A stretch of 64,000 nt of DNA from Candidatus Carbonibacillus altaicus (GCA_003050645.1 PEBX01000006.1:4015-68014); one strand, 5' to 3'; positions 51,873-61,596 are shown, counted from the first letter of the stretch. Notes: generated by a model from the letters alone, not told the origin. Numbers and translations: made by a program.

Positions 51873-52994
51873 GTGAAAAAAAAGAGGTTGGGTCGAGGCG
51901 TAATCGTGCTTTTGTTCACATTCCTAGCCTTGACGTTGAGCGCTTGCGGTGATCCGCGCCTCACGACGTTCTCACCGAATGGAACAAATGCCGAAGAATC
52001 TTTGTATCTCATTAAGCTAAGCGCTTACATTATGTTTGCCGTCATGGCCGTCGTATTCGTTCTTTTACTCTATGTTATCATACGTTTCCGCGCCAAGTCG
52101 GATGATACTTCGATTCCGAAGCAGGTAGAAGGAAGTACGCTTTTAGAATTTATCTGGACGGCGATCCCGGTCATCATCATTATCTTTTTAGCCGTGATCA
52201 CCATTAACATGACCTTTTCGATGGCGCAAGATCATTCTGAAGATCCGGATGCAGTGAAACTTGAAGTGATTGCTCACCAGTACTGGTGGGAATTCCGTTA
52301 TCCGGAGCTCGGCATTGTGACCGCACAGGATCTGTACATTCCGAAAGGGAAAAAGATCGCCGCAACCCTGCGCGGAGATGATGTCATTCACTCTTTCTGG
52401 GTACCGAATCTGACCGGGAAAATAGATACCAACCCGGGATACAACCGTGACGGCACGCTTCAAAACGTCAACCGGTTTACTTTTGATTCCAAGACAACCG
52501 GTATTTTTCTTGGAAAGTGCGCCGAGCTTTGCGGTCCTTCGCATCCGCTTATGGAGTTTAAGGTTATTGCCTTAGAACCAGCGGATTTTGAGGCTTGGGT
52601 CGCCAAAATGAAAGAACCGGTACAAGTGAAAGGACAGACGGCCGTTCAAGGCGAAAAAATATTTCAACAAAACTGTGCTGCCTGCCACGCCGTCGATGCT
52701 TCCGATCAAGCCAAACGCCCAGGCCCTAATTTGGCCAATATCGGTAACCGGTTGACGATCGCTGGCTACTTGCCGGCCGAGACAGAAGCAGATATGCGCG
52801 AGTCACTGGTCAAATGGATTGAGGAGCCCAATCGCTACAAGCCGCAAAATGAACAGGCCACGGTCAAAACGGTTGTTATGCCGCCGTTTAAAGACAAGCT
52901 CAGTAAGGAAGAGATGAATGAGCTCATCGACTTTTTACTGGAGCAAAAACAGTATGATCCAGCGAACTTTAAGATCGGTACGGAAGTGAAGTAA
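51873..52994 (+). CDS. ctaC: Cytochrome c oxidase (caa3-type) subunit II with a fused cytochrome c domain
   Basis: Lipoprotein-like signal (LTLSAC), CuA site CAELCGPSHPLM, and C-terminal heme-c motif CAACH. The GTG start follows AAGGGGGA. Confidence 0.92.
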   Translation: MKKKRLGRGVIVLLFTFLALTLSACGDPRLTTFSPNGTNAEESLYLIKLSAYIMFAVMAVVFVLLLYVIIRFRAKSDDTSIPKQVEGSTLLEFIWTAIPVIIIIFLAVITINMTFSMAQDHSEDPDAVKLEVIAHQYWWEFRYPELGIVTAQDLYIPKGKKIAATLRGDDVIHSFWVPNLTGKIDTNPGYNRDGTLQNVNRFTFDSKTTGIFLGKCAELCGPSHPLMEFKVIALEPADFEAWVAKMKEPVQVKGQTAVQGEKIFQQNCAACHAVDASDQAKRPGPNLANIGNRLTIAGYLPAETEADMRESLVKWIEEPNRYKPQNEQATVKTVVMPPFKDKLSKEEMNELIDFLLEQKQYDPANFKIGTEVK

Positions 52995-53143
52995 ATAAAA
53001 CACCAGTTATGAGACGTATGCTAGGTTGATGTTATGCTCTTTTAAGGTAAGTTTCAAGCATGTTCTGTATGGCGCATTGAATCGCGCCGGCGTGCTTTGG
53101 TGTATGTTTGAACGTTGAATAGAGAATAAGGGAGGTTAGGTGG

Positions 53144-55027
53144 ATGGCAACGGTAGCGGTTCGCGCGGAGTCCGAACGGAAGAAAAAGTCCATGCTCTGG
53201 GACTATTTAACGACCGTCGACCATAAGAAGATTGCCCATTTGTATTTCTGGACCGGTTTGTTCTACTTTCTTTTGGGGGGGTTGGAAGCGCTCCTCATGC
53301 GTACGCAGCTCGCTTTCCCTCTCAATACTTTTTTAACCGGAAAATCTTACAATGAAGTGCTCACCATGCACGGTACAACGATGATTTTTCTAGTCGCCAT
53401 GCCGCTTCTCTTTGCACTCATGAACGCTGTCGTCCCGCTGATGATCGGTGCTCGCGACCTGGCATTTCCTTATGTAAATGCTCTTTCCTACTGGCTGTAC
53501 TTTTTCGGGGCGCTCGTTATGCATATCGGCTTTTTAACCGGGAACGTACCGCAGGGGGGATGGACCGGTTATATGCCGCTTTCACTGCCTGAATACAGTG
53601 GTTTTGGGATGAGTTATTATGCGATGGGGCTTCAGCTCAGCGGTCTAGGTACGCTTCTTACAGGGATTAATTTTGTAGCAACGATCGTCAATATGCGTGC
53701 TCCCGGTATGACCTACATGCGCATGCCGCTTTTTGTCTGGACGACGCTCATCGCTTCGATTCTCATCATGTTCGCTTTCCCACCGCTTACGGCCGGCTTG
53801 TTCCTGATGATCTACGACCAGCTTTTTGGCGGTCAGGTTTTTAATGTCGCAGGTGGGGGCAATGTCATTCTTTGGCAGCACCTCTTTTGGATTTTCGGAC
53901 ACCCGGAGGTGTACATTGTCGTCCTCCCGGCGTTCGGTATCTTCTCGGAAGTGATTCCCGTGTTTTCGCGAAAACGGCTATTCGGTTACCCCGCGATGGT
54001 CGTGGCCACCGCGCTTATCGCTTTCTTCGGGTTCATGGTCTGGGTTCACCACATGTTCACCGTCGGTTTGGGACCGCTCGCAAATGGCATCTTTGCTGTC
54101 ATGACGACGATCATCGCCGTGCCCACGGGGATCAAGATCTTCAACTGGATCGCCACGATGTGGGGCGGGAAGCTCCGCATGACGACAGCGATGCATTGGT
54201 CCGTCGGATTCATCTTCACTTTCGTCATGGGCGGCGTGACAGGCGTGATGATGGCGCTTCCGCCGGCGGACTATCAATACCACGACACCTATTTCATCGT
54301 TGCCCACTTTCATTACACGCTGATCGGCGGGACGGTCTTTTCTATCTTTGCCGGGGCGTATTACTGGTGGCCAAAGATGTTTGGCCGTCTGCTCAACGAG
54401 ACATTGGGGAAGATTCACTTCTGGTTTTTCTTCATCGGCTTCCACATGACGTTTTTCATCCAGCACTTCCTTGGACTGTGGGGCATGCAGCGCCGCGTGT
54501 ACACCTACTTGCCGGGACAAGGCTTTGACCTTGCGAACCTGGTGAGCACGATTGGAGCCTACCTCATGGCCATCGGCGTGATCGTCTTTGCGATCAACAT
54601 CGTCTACACCTTCGTCAAAGGGAAGCCAGCACCGGCCGATCCCTGGGACGGGCGGACACTGGAGTGGGCGACGAAAGCGCCCGTGCCGGAGTACAACTTC
54701 GCCCGCCTGCCCCTCATCCGCGGGATCGATGCGTTATGGTTAGAAAAGATGGCCGGACACAAAGAGATGCCTGTCATCGAAGACTACCATGATATTCATA
54801 TGCCGAACAGTACTGTTCTACCCTTCTTGATGTCGCTTACACTGGCCATTGCGGCGCTCGGTTTTATCTGGAAAGAAGAATTCAACCATGCTTTCCTCTA
54901 TATGGGGATCGGCGGTATTGTCTTAACCTTACTGGTCATGTTCTTCCGTTCGGTCATCGACGATGAAGGCTATCATATCCCGAAAGCGGAGATCGAGCGG
55001 GAAGAGATGAAAGGAGTGAGCGTCTGA
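53144..55027 (+). CDS. ctaD: Cytochrome c oxidase subunit I
   Basis: Heme-copper oxidase signature WFFGHPEVY-like block (FWIFGHPEVYIVVLPAFG) and HHMF. 627 aa. Confidence 0.95.
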   Translation: MATVAVRAESERKKKSMLWDYLTTVDHKKIAHLYFWTGLFYFLLGGLEALLMRTQLAFPLNTFLTGKSYNEVLTMHGTTMIFLVAMPLLFALMNAVVPLMIGARDLAFPYVNALSYWLYFFGALVMHIGFLTGNVPQGGWTGYMPLSLPEYSGFGMSYYAMGLQLSGLGTLLTGINFVATIVNMRAPGMTYMRMPLFVWTTLIASILIMFAFPPLTAGLFLMIYDQLFGGQVFNVAGGGNVILWQHLFWIFGHPEVYIVVLPAFGIFSEVIPVFSRKRLFGYPAMVVATALIAFFGFMVWVHHMFTVGLGPLANGIFAVMTTIIAVPTGIKIFNWIATMWGGKLRMTTAMHWSVGFIFTFVMGGVTGVMMALPPADYQYHDTYFIVAHFHYTLIGGTVFSIFAGAYYWWPKMFGRLLNETLGKIHFWFFFIGFHMTFFIQHFLGLWGMQRRVYTYLPGQGFDLANLVSTIGAYLMAIGVIVFAINIVYTFVKGKPAPADPWDGRTLEWATKAPVPEYNFARLPLIRGIDALWLEKMAGHKEMPVIEDYHDIHMPNSTVLPFLMSLTLAIAALGFIWKEEFNHAFLYMGIGGIVLTLLVMFFRSVIDDEGYHIPKAEIEREEMKGVSV

Positions 55028-55686
55028 TGACGACGACACACCCTAATGCAATGTCTGACATAGAAGCGCACGGGCATGAGCGGAGCGCGGAGGGTGAAGT
55101 GCAGCCGACGATTGAACTCGTTACCCAGGAAGGGAAAAATAAACAACTCGGTGTTTGGCTCTTCATCGCTGCTGAGTCAGTTCTATTTGCTTCGTTTTTC
55201 GCAGTTTATCTGGCGCTTCGGCATTCGATTCCGAATGGACCTCAGCCAAAAGACCTCTTTGAACTTCCGCTTGTTTTTGTGATGACAGCGATTCTTCTTA
55301 CGAGCAGCTTTACGAGTGTCATGGCGGTTATGAATATGCGCCAGCTGAAATCTTCCGCCATGAAAGGCTGGCTTGTTTTGACGTGGCTTTTGGGATTTTC
55401 TTTCCTTTTGCTCGAGATCTACGAGTTTAACCATTACGTTCACATGGGGCACACGTTTACGTCCAGTGCTTTCGGGACGGCTTTTTACAGCTTGGTCGGC
55501 TTTCACGGCGCGCACGTCGCCTTCGGTTTGCTTTGGCTCATGACACTTCTTTTGCGAAATGCCAGGCGGGAGATCACTCCTTATACCGCACCGAAGGTGT
55601 ATTCGTTTAGCCTTTATTGGCACTTTGTCGACCTCGTCTGGGTATTTATTTTTACCATTGTCTATTTGATGGGGAAGGTGGGATAA
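55027..55686 (+). CDS. ctaE: Cytochrome c oxidase subunit III
   Basis: 219 aa with subunit III-like helices (FHGAHVAFGLLWL, YWHFVDLVWVFIF). The start overlaps the ctaD stop. Confidence 0.9.
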   Translation: MTTTHPNAMSDIEAHGHERSAEGEVQPTIELVTQEGKNKQLGVWLFIAAESVLFASFFAVYLALRHSIPNGPQPKDLFELPLVFVMTAILLTSSFTSVMAVMNMRQLKSSAMKGWLVLTWLLGFSFLLLEIYEFNHYVHMGHTFTSSAFGTAFYSLVGFHGAHVAFGLLWLMTLLLRNARREITPYTAPKVYSFSLYWHFVDLVWVFIFTIVYLMGKVG

Positions 55687-55687
55687 G

Positions 55688-56020
55688 ATGTCTGGCGAAA
55701 GCAGCACCTTTAAGCGTCCCGATCGTCGGGAAATTCGCTCCGAATTAAAAGTACAAACGACTGCTTTTGCGGTGAGCATATTTTTAACGATTCTGGCCTT
55801 CGGAGCTGTCGTCTATGCCATCGAGCAAGGTGCATCGCAAGGTTTTGCAGTGAGCTTTATCATCGCTCTCGCCATCGTACAAGTGGCCTTTCAGGCGTAT
55901 ATCTGGATGCACTTGAAAGATAAGGGGCACGGTGTACCGCAGCTTTTCTTCTACATGGCCGTATATGTGACGGCTATGACGGTTATTGGGCTTATGTTCA
56001 TGTCCTGGTGGAGTGCTTAG
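55688..56020 (+). CDS. ctaF: Cytochrome c oxidase subunit IV (Bacillus CtaF type)
   Basis: 110 aa, 3 TM segments. Position and size match ctaF. Confidence 0.8.
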   Translation: MSGESSTFKRPDRREIRSELKVQTTAFAVSIFLTILAFGAVVYAIEQGASQGFAVSFIIALAIVQVAFQAYIWMHLKDKGHGVPQLFFYMAVYVTAMTVIGLMFMSWWSA

Positions 56021-56061
56021 TAAGACTTTTAAAGTAAGGGCATCGGAAAGGAGGGGTTTCC

Positions 56062-57039
56062 ATGGGACAGCTCTATCAAAGCTTGCAAGTATTTGGCTGG
56101 TACGCGCTTTGGAACCCCGATAAAATAGTACTCGTCTTGATTCTCTTTGGACTCTATCTTCTGTTTATGGTCGGACCGCTTCGCCCCAATCTGCCTTTTG
56201 CGCGAGCGGCCAGGCCGCAGGAGATTATCGCGACGGCTGCAGCCCTGCTTTTATATTACATCGTGCAGGGCTCCCCCTTTTATTTGATGAGCCATATGAT
56301 CTTTTCTCTGCACATGACGCATATGGCGATTCTTTATTTGCTCATCCCGCCACTTCTCATCATCGGCATCCCGGGTTGGGCTTATGCGTATGTCTTCCGT
56401 TACCGCCCCTTGAAACGGCTCGTCGATGCGTTAAGTTATCCTCTGGTCGCCATCTTCCTGTTTAATGGACTTTTTTCTCTATATCATTTACCGACCGTCT
56501 TCGACTTTTTAAATACGCACCGCACGTTTCATACTCTGTATGCAATCCTCATGTTTACGGCCGGCTGGATTATGTGGTGGCCGATTTTAAACCCTCTGCC
56601 GGATCGTACGGAAATGTCGCATCTACGTAAAGTCACTTACATTTTTGCAAACGGCATTCTCCTGACACCAGCCTGCGCCTTTTTATTTCTCAGTGAGACG
56701 CCGCTTTATCAGACGTATTACGACCACGGGCTCTGGACACAGATGGTCGGTTTTTGTTTGCCGCCCGGAACACGTGATACAGTCGATTTAACTGCGCTTT
56801 CGATCAGTCAGTTTAATTTGATGCCACCGCTTGATGATCAGCATCTTGGTGGTATTTTGATGAAGATATGGCAAGAGTTGATTTATGCTGCTTTTCTTAT
56901 TCTCGTTCTCGTGCGTTGGTTTGGTGAGACGCGCAAGAAAGATCGCGAGATCGAACAGATGGTTTATGCGGAAGCGGAGAAGCGGTTGGAAAGTGAACGT
57001 GCCTCACAGGAAAAAAACGTCTCTTTGCACGGGGTTTGA
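56062..57039 (+). CDS. ctaG: Cytochrome c oxidase assembly factor CtaG (Bacillus caa3_CtaG type)
   Basis: Polytopic 325-aa membrane protein directly after ctaF, as in B. subtilis. The call rests on context plus architecture. Confidence 0.75.
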   Translation: MGQLYQSLQVFGWYALWNPDKIVLVLILFGLYLLFMVGPLRPNLPFARAARPQEIIATAAALLLYYIVQGSPFYLMSHMIFSLHMTHMAILYLLIPPLLIIGIPGWAYAYVFRYRPLKRLVDALSYPLVAIFLFNGLFSLYHLPTVFDFLNTHRTFHTLYAILMFTAGWIMWWPILNPLPDRTEMSHLRKVTYIFANGILLTPACAFLFLSETPLYQTYYDHGLWTQMVGFCLPPGTRDTVDLTALSISQFNLMPPLDDQHLGGILMKIWQELIYAAFLILVLVRWFGETRKKDREIEQMVYAEAEKRLESERASQEKNVSLHGV

Positions 57040-57172
57040 TCGTTGATCGTATAGAGACGCAAAACTGCATATATGCATGAAGTTTCATGATTGCTGAGCG
57101 TATGGATGATGGTGTCTTTAAGAAGAACCAGGGATTGCGACGGATGAACCGTGAGAAAGCTGGTGAGACCAG

Positions 57173-58204
57173 ATGACCTTAGATGTCGTTCGCAAAGATA
57201 CGATGTCGCGTTCAGGATCCGATGAACGAGAAGGGCACATAGTTCAAAGAGGGTTTCGCTTGCGCCTCGTGGCCACCACAGTGAGCATGATTTGGACGTT
57301 TGTTGTCCTATTCATGGGTGTCCTTGTCGTAGCCACAGATAGCGGCCGGGCCTGCGGCTTCGACTGGCCGTACTGTCAAGGATCCCTTTTTCCGAATGTG
57401 CACGATGTGCAGCAAGTCATCGAATATACGCACCGTTTACTGACAGGCCTCCTTGGTTTTGTCATCCTCGGAAGTGCTCTTTTGATCCTTTTCTGGCGAG
57501 ATCGCCCCACTGCGTTGCGTCATACGCGAACGCTTGCTGTTATGTCGGTCGTGCTTCTCGTTGCGCAGGCCCTCATCGGTGGGTTAAACGTCCTTTTAGG
57601 GACGCCAAAAGGTTTTACGACGTTGGACGTGATGGTCAGTTCGCTTTTGTGGATATCGGTCGTCACTTTATGGGGAAAGCTGTATGTAAGTCGGTACAAC
57701 GCAACTCGTACTCCTGTACGCGTTCAAGGATCGACATCGTCTAAAGTGCAGCTAGAAAATATGAAGGCGCACACCAATGCGTCTACGTACAAACCGACGC
57801 GGCTTGGACAGGCTTTTTTGATCTTTTTCTTTGGAGACCTCCTTTTAGGTGCGTTTTTTAAGCATAGTGCACTGGCTGAAGTTCTTTTTGGTCTCAATCC
57901 CGAACGGGTGTGGCTGACTTCTCTGCGTCTGGGTGAGGCGGTCTATGTGGTGCACGGTGTTTGGGGTGTGACTTTGTTTTTAATGGTCATTGCTTGGTGG
58001 GTGAAAAGTAACACAACGATGCGCCCGGTACTCAACGTAATTATCCTTTTGCTCATATTGGAGACGATTGTCGGGATGGGTGCTGTCGCGAGTGGGCTGG
58101 GTGTTTGGATGGTCGCTTTTCATACCTTACTGGCGACGATCACCTTAGGTGTATCAACATTTGCGCTCGTGTATGAAGACGAGATGAAGGGGGTGAGGCG
58201 ATGA
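57173..58204 (+). CDS. ctaA: Heme A synthase
   Basis: 8 TM segments, the Cys pair CGFDWPYCQG in the first loop, and conserved His residues (EYTHRLLTG, HGVWG, FHTLLAT). Confidence 0.85.
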   Translation: MTLDVVRKDTMSRSGSDEREGHIVQRGFRLRLVATTVSMIWTFVVLFMGVLVVATDSGRACGFDWPYCQGSLFPNVHDVQQVIEYTHRLLTGLLGFVILGSALLILFWRDRPTALRHTRTLAVMSVVLLVAQALIGGLNVLLGTPKGFTTLDVMVSSLLWISVVTLWGKLYVSRYNATRTPVRVQGSTSSKVQLENMKAHTNASTYKPTRLGQAFLIFFFGDLLLGAFFKHSALAEVLFGLNPERVWLTSLRLGEAVYVVHGVWGVTLFLMVIAWWVKSNTTMRPVLNVIILLLILETIVGMGAVASGLGVWMVAFHTLLATITLGVSTFALVYEDEMKGVRR

Positions 58205-59136
58205 ATACGGTTCGTGCTCAGTCCCTAACCTATCAAGGACATCAGATCTTCAAAGTGAGAAGTGCTCGGGATCTATATACATTGATGAAACCGGGGATTG
58301 TTTATTCTAATACTTTAGGTGCACTGGCCGGTCTATTTTTAGCACAGGGGAGCGGATCGTTTAATCCGCGGTCTTTTCTTTTATATCTGGTAACGCTTGC
58401 CGGTATTGCACTCGTGGTGGCAGGTTCGACGACGCTCAACAACGTGATCGACCAAGATATCGATCGTCATATGCAGCGAACCAAAAACCGGCCGGTTCAT
58501 CAAGGTTTTGTCACACCGGTTTTTGCAACCGTCTATGGGCTCGTTTTGACGGTTCTGGGACTGGTACTTCTGTATGTGTTTGCGCACCCGTTAGCTGCAC
58601 AAGTTGCGTTTTTCGGCAGCATCGGTTATGTCATTCTTTATTCGCTTTGGACAAAGCGCAAGACGACGTTTAATACGATCGTCGGGTCGATCGCCGGCGC
58701 AATGCCGACGGTCGCTGGATATGTGGCGTACAGCCAGCGTTTTGATCTTACCGCTTGGATATTGTTTTTGATTTTATTTTTGTGGCAGCCGGCACACTTT
58801 TTAGCCATCGCCATTCGCCGAGAGGAAGATTATGCGCGCGCAGGTGTTCCCATGCTGCCTGTTCTGTACGGGGTGGGGATTGCCAAGCGGCAGATGGTCA
58901 TCTATACGCTGGCACTCTTTCCGGTTACGCTCATGCTGTACATGATCGGAGTCACGGGCCCGATGTATGCGATCGGGGTCACGATTTTAGGCGGTGCGTA
59001 CATCGTACTCGCCTTGATCGGCCTCGGCTGGCAGGGGGAAAAAGAAAAACGTTGGGTCAAGTGGATGTTTATGTATTCGATTATTTATTTAACGCTGTTC
59101 TATCTGTTGATCATCGTGGGGGCCTTTGTCAACTAA
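58201..59136 (+). CDS. ctaB: Protoheme IX farnesyltransferase (heme O synthase)
   Basis: UbiA-type prenyltransferase motifs NNVIDQDIDRHMQRTKNRP and a second Asp/Arg-rich loop (IAIRREEDYARAGVPMLPV). The start overlaps the ctaA stop. Confidence 0.9.
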   Translation: MNTVRAQSLTYQGHQIFKVRSARDLYTLMKPGIVYSNTLGALAGLFLAQGSGSFNPRSFLLYLVTLAGIALVVAGSTTLNNVIDQDIDRHMQRTKNRPVHQGFVTPVFATVYGLVLTVLGLVLLYVFAHPLAAQVAFFGSIGYVILYSLWTKRKTTFNTIVGSIAGAMPTVAGYVAYSQRFDLTAWILFLILFLWQPAHFLAIAIRREEDYARAGVPMLPVLYGVGIAKRQMVIYTLALFPVTLMLYMIGVTGPMYAIGVTILGGAYIVLALIGLGWQGEKEKRWVKWMFMYSIIYLTLFYLLIIVGAFVN

Positions 59137-59158
59137 TTGGATGAACCCGTGTTGATGC

Positions 59159-59320
59159 TCTCTATCCGATCGATCCAGTCTATCCGGTCGATCCAGTCTA
59201 TCCGATCGGTCCAGTCTATTCGATCGGTCCAGTCTATTCGATCGGTCCAGTCTATTCGATCGGTCCAGTCTATTCAATCGGTCCAGTCTAACTGTCCGTT
59301 GTTCCAGTCTTAAAGTCTAT
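59159..59320. repeat. Tandem repeat, 18-bp unit x7 plus degenerate flanks (GATCGGTCCAGTCTATTC)
   Basis: Full units at 59168-59293. Four consecutive units (59204-59275) are identical. The array lies between ctaB and the sco gene. Confidence 0.95.
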
Positions 59321-59404
59321 GGACGTCGTCTTACAACTCATGGATCCAGTCTATGGATACCATCAACGCATTGAACGCAGAAGTTAAACCAATGAGGTGG
59401 CAAG

Positions 59405-60034
59405 ATGAACACTTTGAACACGTATCGTTCATTAAAACAACGGAGGCACGTGCGACTCGTTTTTTTCGTTATACTCGGCTTGGGGCTTTTGATGAGCGGA
59501 TGCGGAAGTGACGCCGACCGTTTGCCTAAGATGGGCGTCGCTCCAGACTTTACGCTGGAAGATGTGACCGGGAAGCCTTATCAGTTTCACCAGGACGCGG
59601 GGAAGGTACGCCTTCTTTCTTTTATCTATACCACCTGTCCCACAGAATGTCCGGCTATGACACACTGGATGCTCGTCGTTCAGAAAGAACTAAAAGCTAA
59701 GGGGATCGGACCGGATCAGGTGCAGTTTTACTCCATCACCTTTGATCCGGAAGTCGATACGCCCGAAGTGATGGAAGATTTTATTCATCGTTTTAAATAT
59801 CAGGATGAGCCGATCGATGAAGATTACTGGCGCCTGTTGCGCGGTTCGGTCGAGGCGACGCGGCAGGTAGCGCAAGACTTTCATTTGCTTGTTCAACCGC
59901 TGGATGATGGAACATTCATTCATTCGGACAAAGTGATCCTCGTCGATAAAGAAGGCGAAATACGGTATTTATACAACGGTTCTAATCTTCCAGTCGAGGA
60001 TGTCATACGCGATATGTCGGCACTGGTCAAATAA
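59405..60034 (+). CDS. SCO1/SenC family copper chaperone (YpmQ-like)
   Basis: Lipoprotein signal (LLMSGC), a thioredoxin-fold CxxxC site (TTCPTECP), and the conserved His region (FIHSDKVILVD). Confidence 0.85.
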   Translation: MNTLNTYRSLKQRRHVRLVFFVILGLGLLMSGCGSDADRLPKMGVAPDFTLEDVTGKPYQFHQDAGKVRLLSFIYTTCPTECPAMTHWMLVVQKELKAKGIGPDQVQFYSITFDPEVDTPEVMEDFIHRFKYQDEPIDEDYWRLLRGSVEATRQVAQDFHLLVQPLDDGTFIHSDKVILVDKEGEIRYLYNGSNLPVEDVIRDMSALVK

Positions 60035-60045
60035 ACATCACTTGA

Positions 60046-60077
60046 AAACGGATAAGCTGCAGGGCTTATCCGTTTTT
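60046..60077 (+). terminator. Rho-independent terminator after sco
   Basis: AAACGGATAAGC (60046-60057) pairs with GCTTATCCGTTT (60064-60075), followed by a T run. Confidence 0.85.
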
Positions 60078-60157
60078 GGTATACTTCTGGTATATGAGGG
60101 TTTTCAGCAATTTGCGAGCAATTTGCGGGCAGCTGATGAGTCAAGGAGGCGATGTCC

Positions 60158-61519
60158 ATGCCCATTACGTACGACGGAAAAACGCTCTCACCTTACATTG
60201 AAGACGTGGAGTATGATCGGTTGCTTCCGGCTGTCCGTATCTTTCACGAGCAGATCGTGCACAAAGCGCGCGATGCGAAATATCTCGGCTGGCTCGATGT
60301 TGTAGAGGCAAGAGATGTGTTGTTAGAAGTACGAAAAGTTGCGGAAATGCTTCAGAAAACTGTTGATGTACTGGTCGTGATCGGGATTGGCGGGTCGTAC
60401 CTTGGGGCGCGTGCTGCACTTGAGGCGCTTTCACCAGAACTTAAGCACACCTCAAATGTGCCAGCGATCGAGTTTATCGGTCATCATATGAGTGCCTGGG
60501 AACTCAATGGACTGATGCAAAGGTTAAAAGGCCGCCATTTTGCCATCAATGTCATCTCTAAATCGGGCACGACGACAGAACCGGCGATTGCTTTTCGCCT
60601 GTTGAAAGATCTCCTCATCGCAGAAGTCGGAGAAGAGGAAGCAAAAAGGCGGATCATCGCCACCACCGATCCCAAGCAGGGGGCGCTCAGGGCGATGGCG
60701 GATAAAGAGGGGTACACCTCGTTTGCCATTCCACCCGAGGTCGGCGGCCGTTTTTCGGTTTTGACACCGGTTGGTCTTTTACCGCTCGCGACGGCCGGGA
60801 TCGATATCGAAGCGTTGATCGACGGCGCACGAGTGATGAAGGCACACTTTTTTGACGAGAAAGAAGATCTTCTTGAACGCTATCGATACGCGCTAAGTCG
60901 CACCGTCCTATATCAGAAGGGCTACGATGTCGAGCTGTTTAGTTGTTTTGAGCCGCGGCTTGCCGGTGTGGGAGACTGGCTCGTTCAACTTTTTGCGGAA
61001 AGCGAAGGAAAAAACAGGCGCGGCATCTTACCCGTCCGTACCCAGTATACGACCGATCTCCATTCGCTGGGACAGTATATTCAGGAAGGACGCCGGATGT
61101 TATTTGAAACGATGCTCTGGATCGAAGAAGCAGACGCTCACATCACGGTTCCGCCGGCAAAGGTCGATCTCGATGGGCTTGGCTATCTTGAAGGTATGTC
61201 TCTACACTGGATTCAGGAGCAGGCCATGCACGGGGTGATGCTGGCCCATAGCGATGGTGGTGTGCCCGTGTCGAGACTTGTGCTCCCCAAGCTCGATGCC
61301 TATCACATGGGGGCGCTTTTGATGTTTTTTGAGCTATCTGTAGCGATGAGCGGGCAGCTTTTAGGGATTCATCCCTTTAACCAGCCGGGTGTAGAAGCAT
61401 ATAAGCAAAACATGTTTGCCTTACTGGGTAAACCCGGTTATGAAGCAAAGCGTGAAGAACTTAGGCGGCGTCTTCGTTCGTTTGTGAACGAAGGAAGCGA
61501 AAGAGAAGGAAGTGAATGA
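60158..61519 (+). CDS. pgi: Glucose-6-phosphate isomerase
   Basis: Bacillus-type PGI of ~450 aa, with GIGGSYLGARA, SKSGTTTEP and GGRFSVLT blocks. The ATG at 60158 lies 8 nt after AAGGAGG. The ATG at 60152 is too close to the RBS. Confidence 0.92.
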   Translation: MPITYDGKTLSPYIEDVEYDRLLPAVRIFHEQIVHKARDAKYLGWLDVVEARDVLLEVRKVAEMLQKTVDVLVVIGIGGSYLGARAALEALSPELKHTSNVPAIEFIGHHMSAWELNGLMQRLKGRHFAINVISKSGTTTEPAIAFRLLKDLLIAEVGEEEAKRRIIATTDPKQGALRAMADKEGYTSFAIPPEVGGRFSVLTPVGLLPLATAGIDIEALIDGARVMKAHFFDEKEDLLERYRYALSRTVLYQKGYDVELFSCFEPRLAGVGDWLVQLFAESEGKNRRGILPVRTQYTTDLHSLGQYIQEGRRMLFETMLWIEEADAHITVPPAKVDLDGLGYLEGMSLHWIQEQAMHGVMLAHSDGGVPVSRLVLPKLDAYHMGALLMFFELSVAMSGQLLGIHPFNQPGVEAYKQNMFALLGKPGYEAKREELRRRLRSFVNEGSEREGSE

Positions 61520-61596
61520 GAAAGAAACGAAGGCGGGTGAAGGAGGATGTGTTCTCGCTTATGAGACCGATACGCCCCTGTGATCCTCATCCGGAC

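Noticed and set aside
53872-54528. 218-aa Arg-rich + strand ORF, and the 180-aa minus-strand ORF 53978-54520
   Set aside because: Both lie entirely inside the strongly supported ctaD gene, in other frames. Their Arg/Gly/His-rich composition is typical of off-frame translation of GC-rich coding DNA.
59089-59277. Minus-strand ORF encoding an NRLDRS repeat protein
   Set aside because: It is simply the translation of the 18-bp tandem array. It has no RBS and a purely periodic sequence.
59159-59320. Possible CRISPR array. The same question applies to 18031-18140, 5944-6012 and 27524-27625.
   Set aside because: The repeats are directly head-to-tail with no unique spacers between them. The units are only 10-37 bp and no cas genes are nearby. 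These are tandem micro/minisatellites, not CRISPR.
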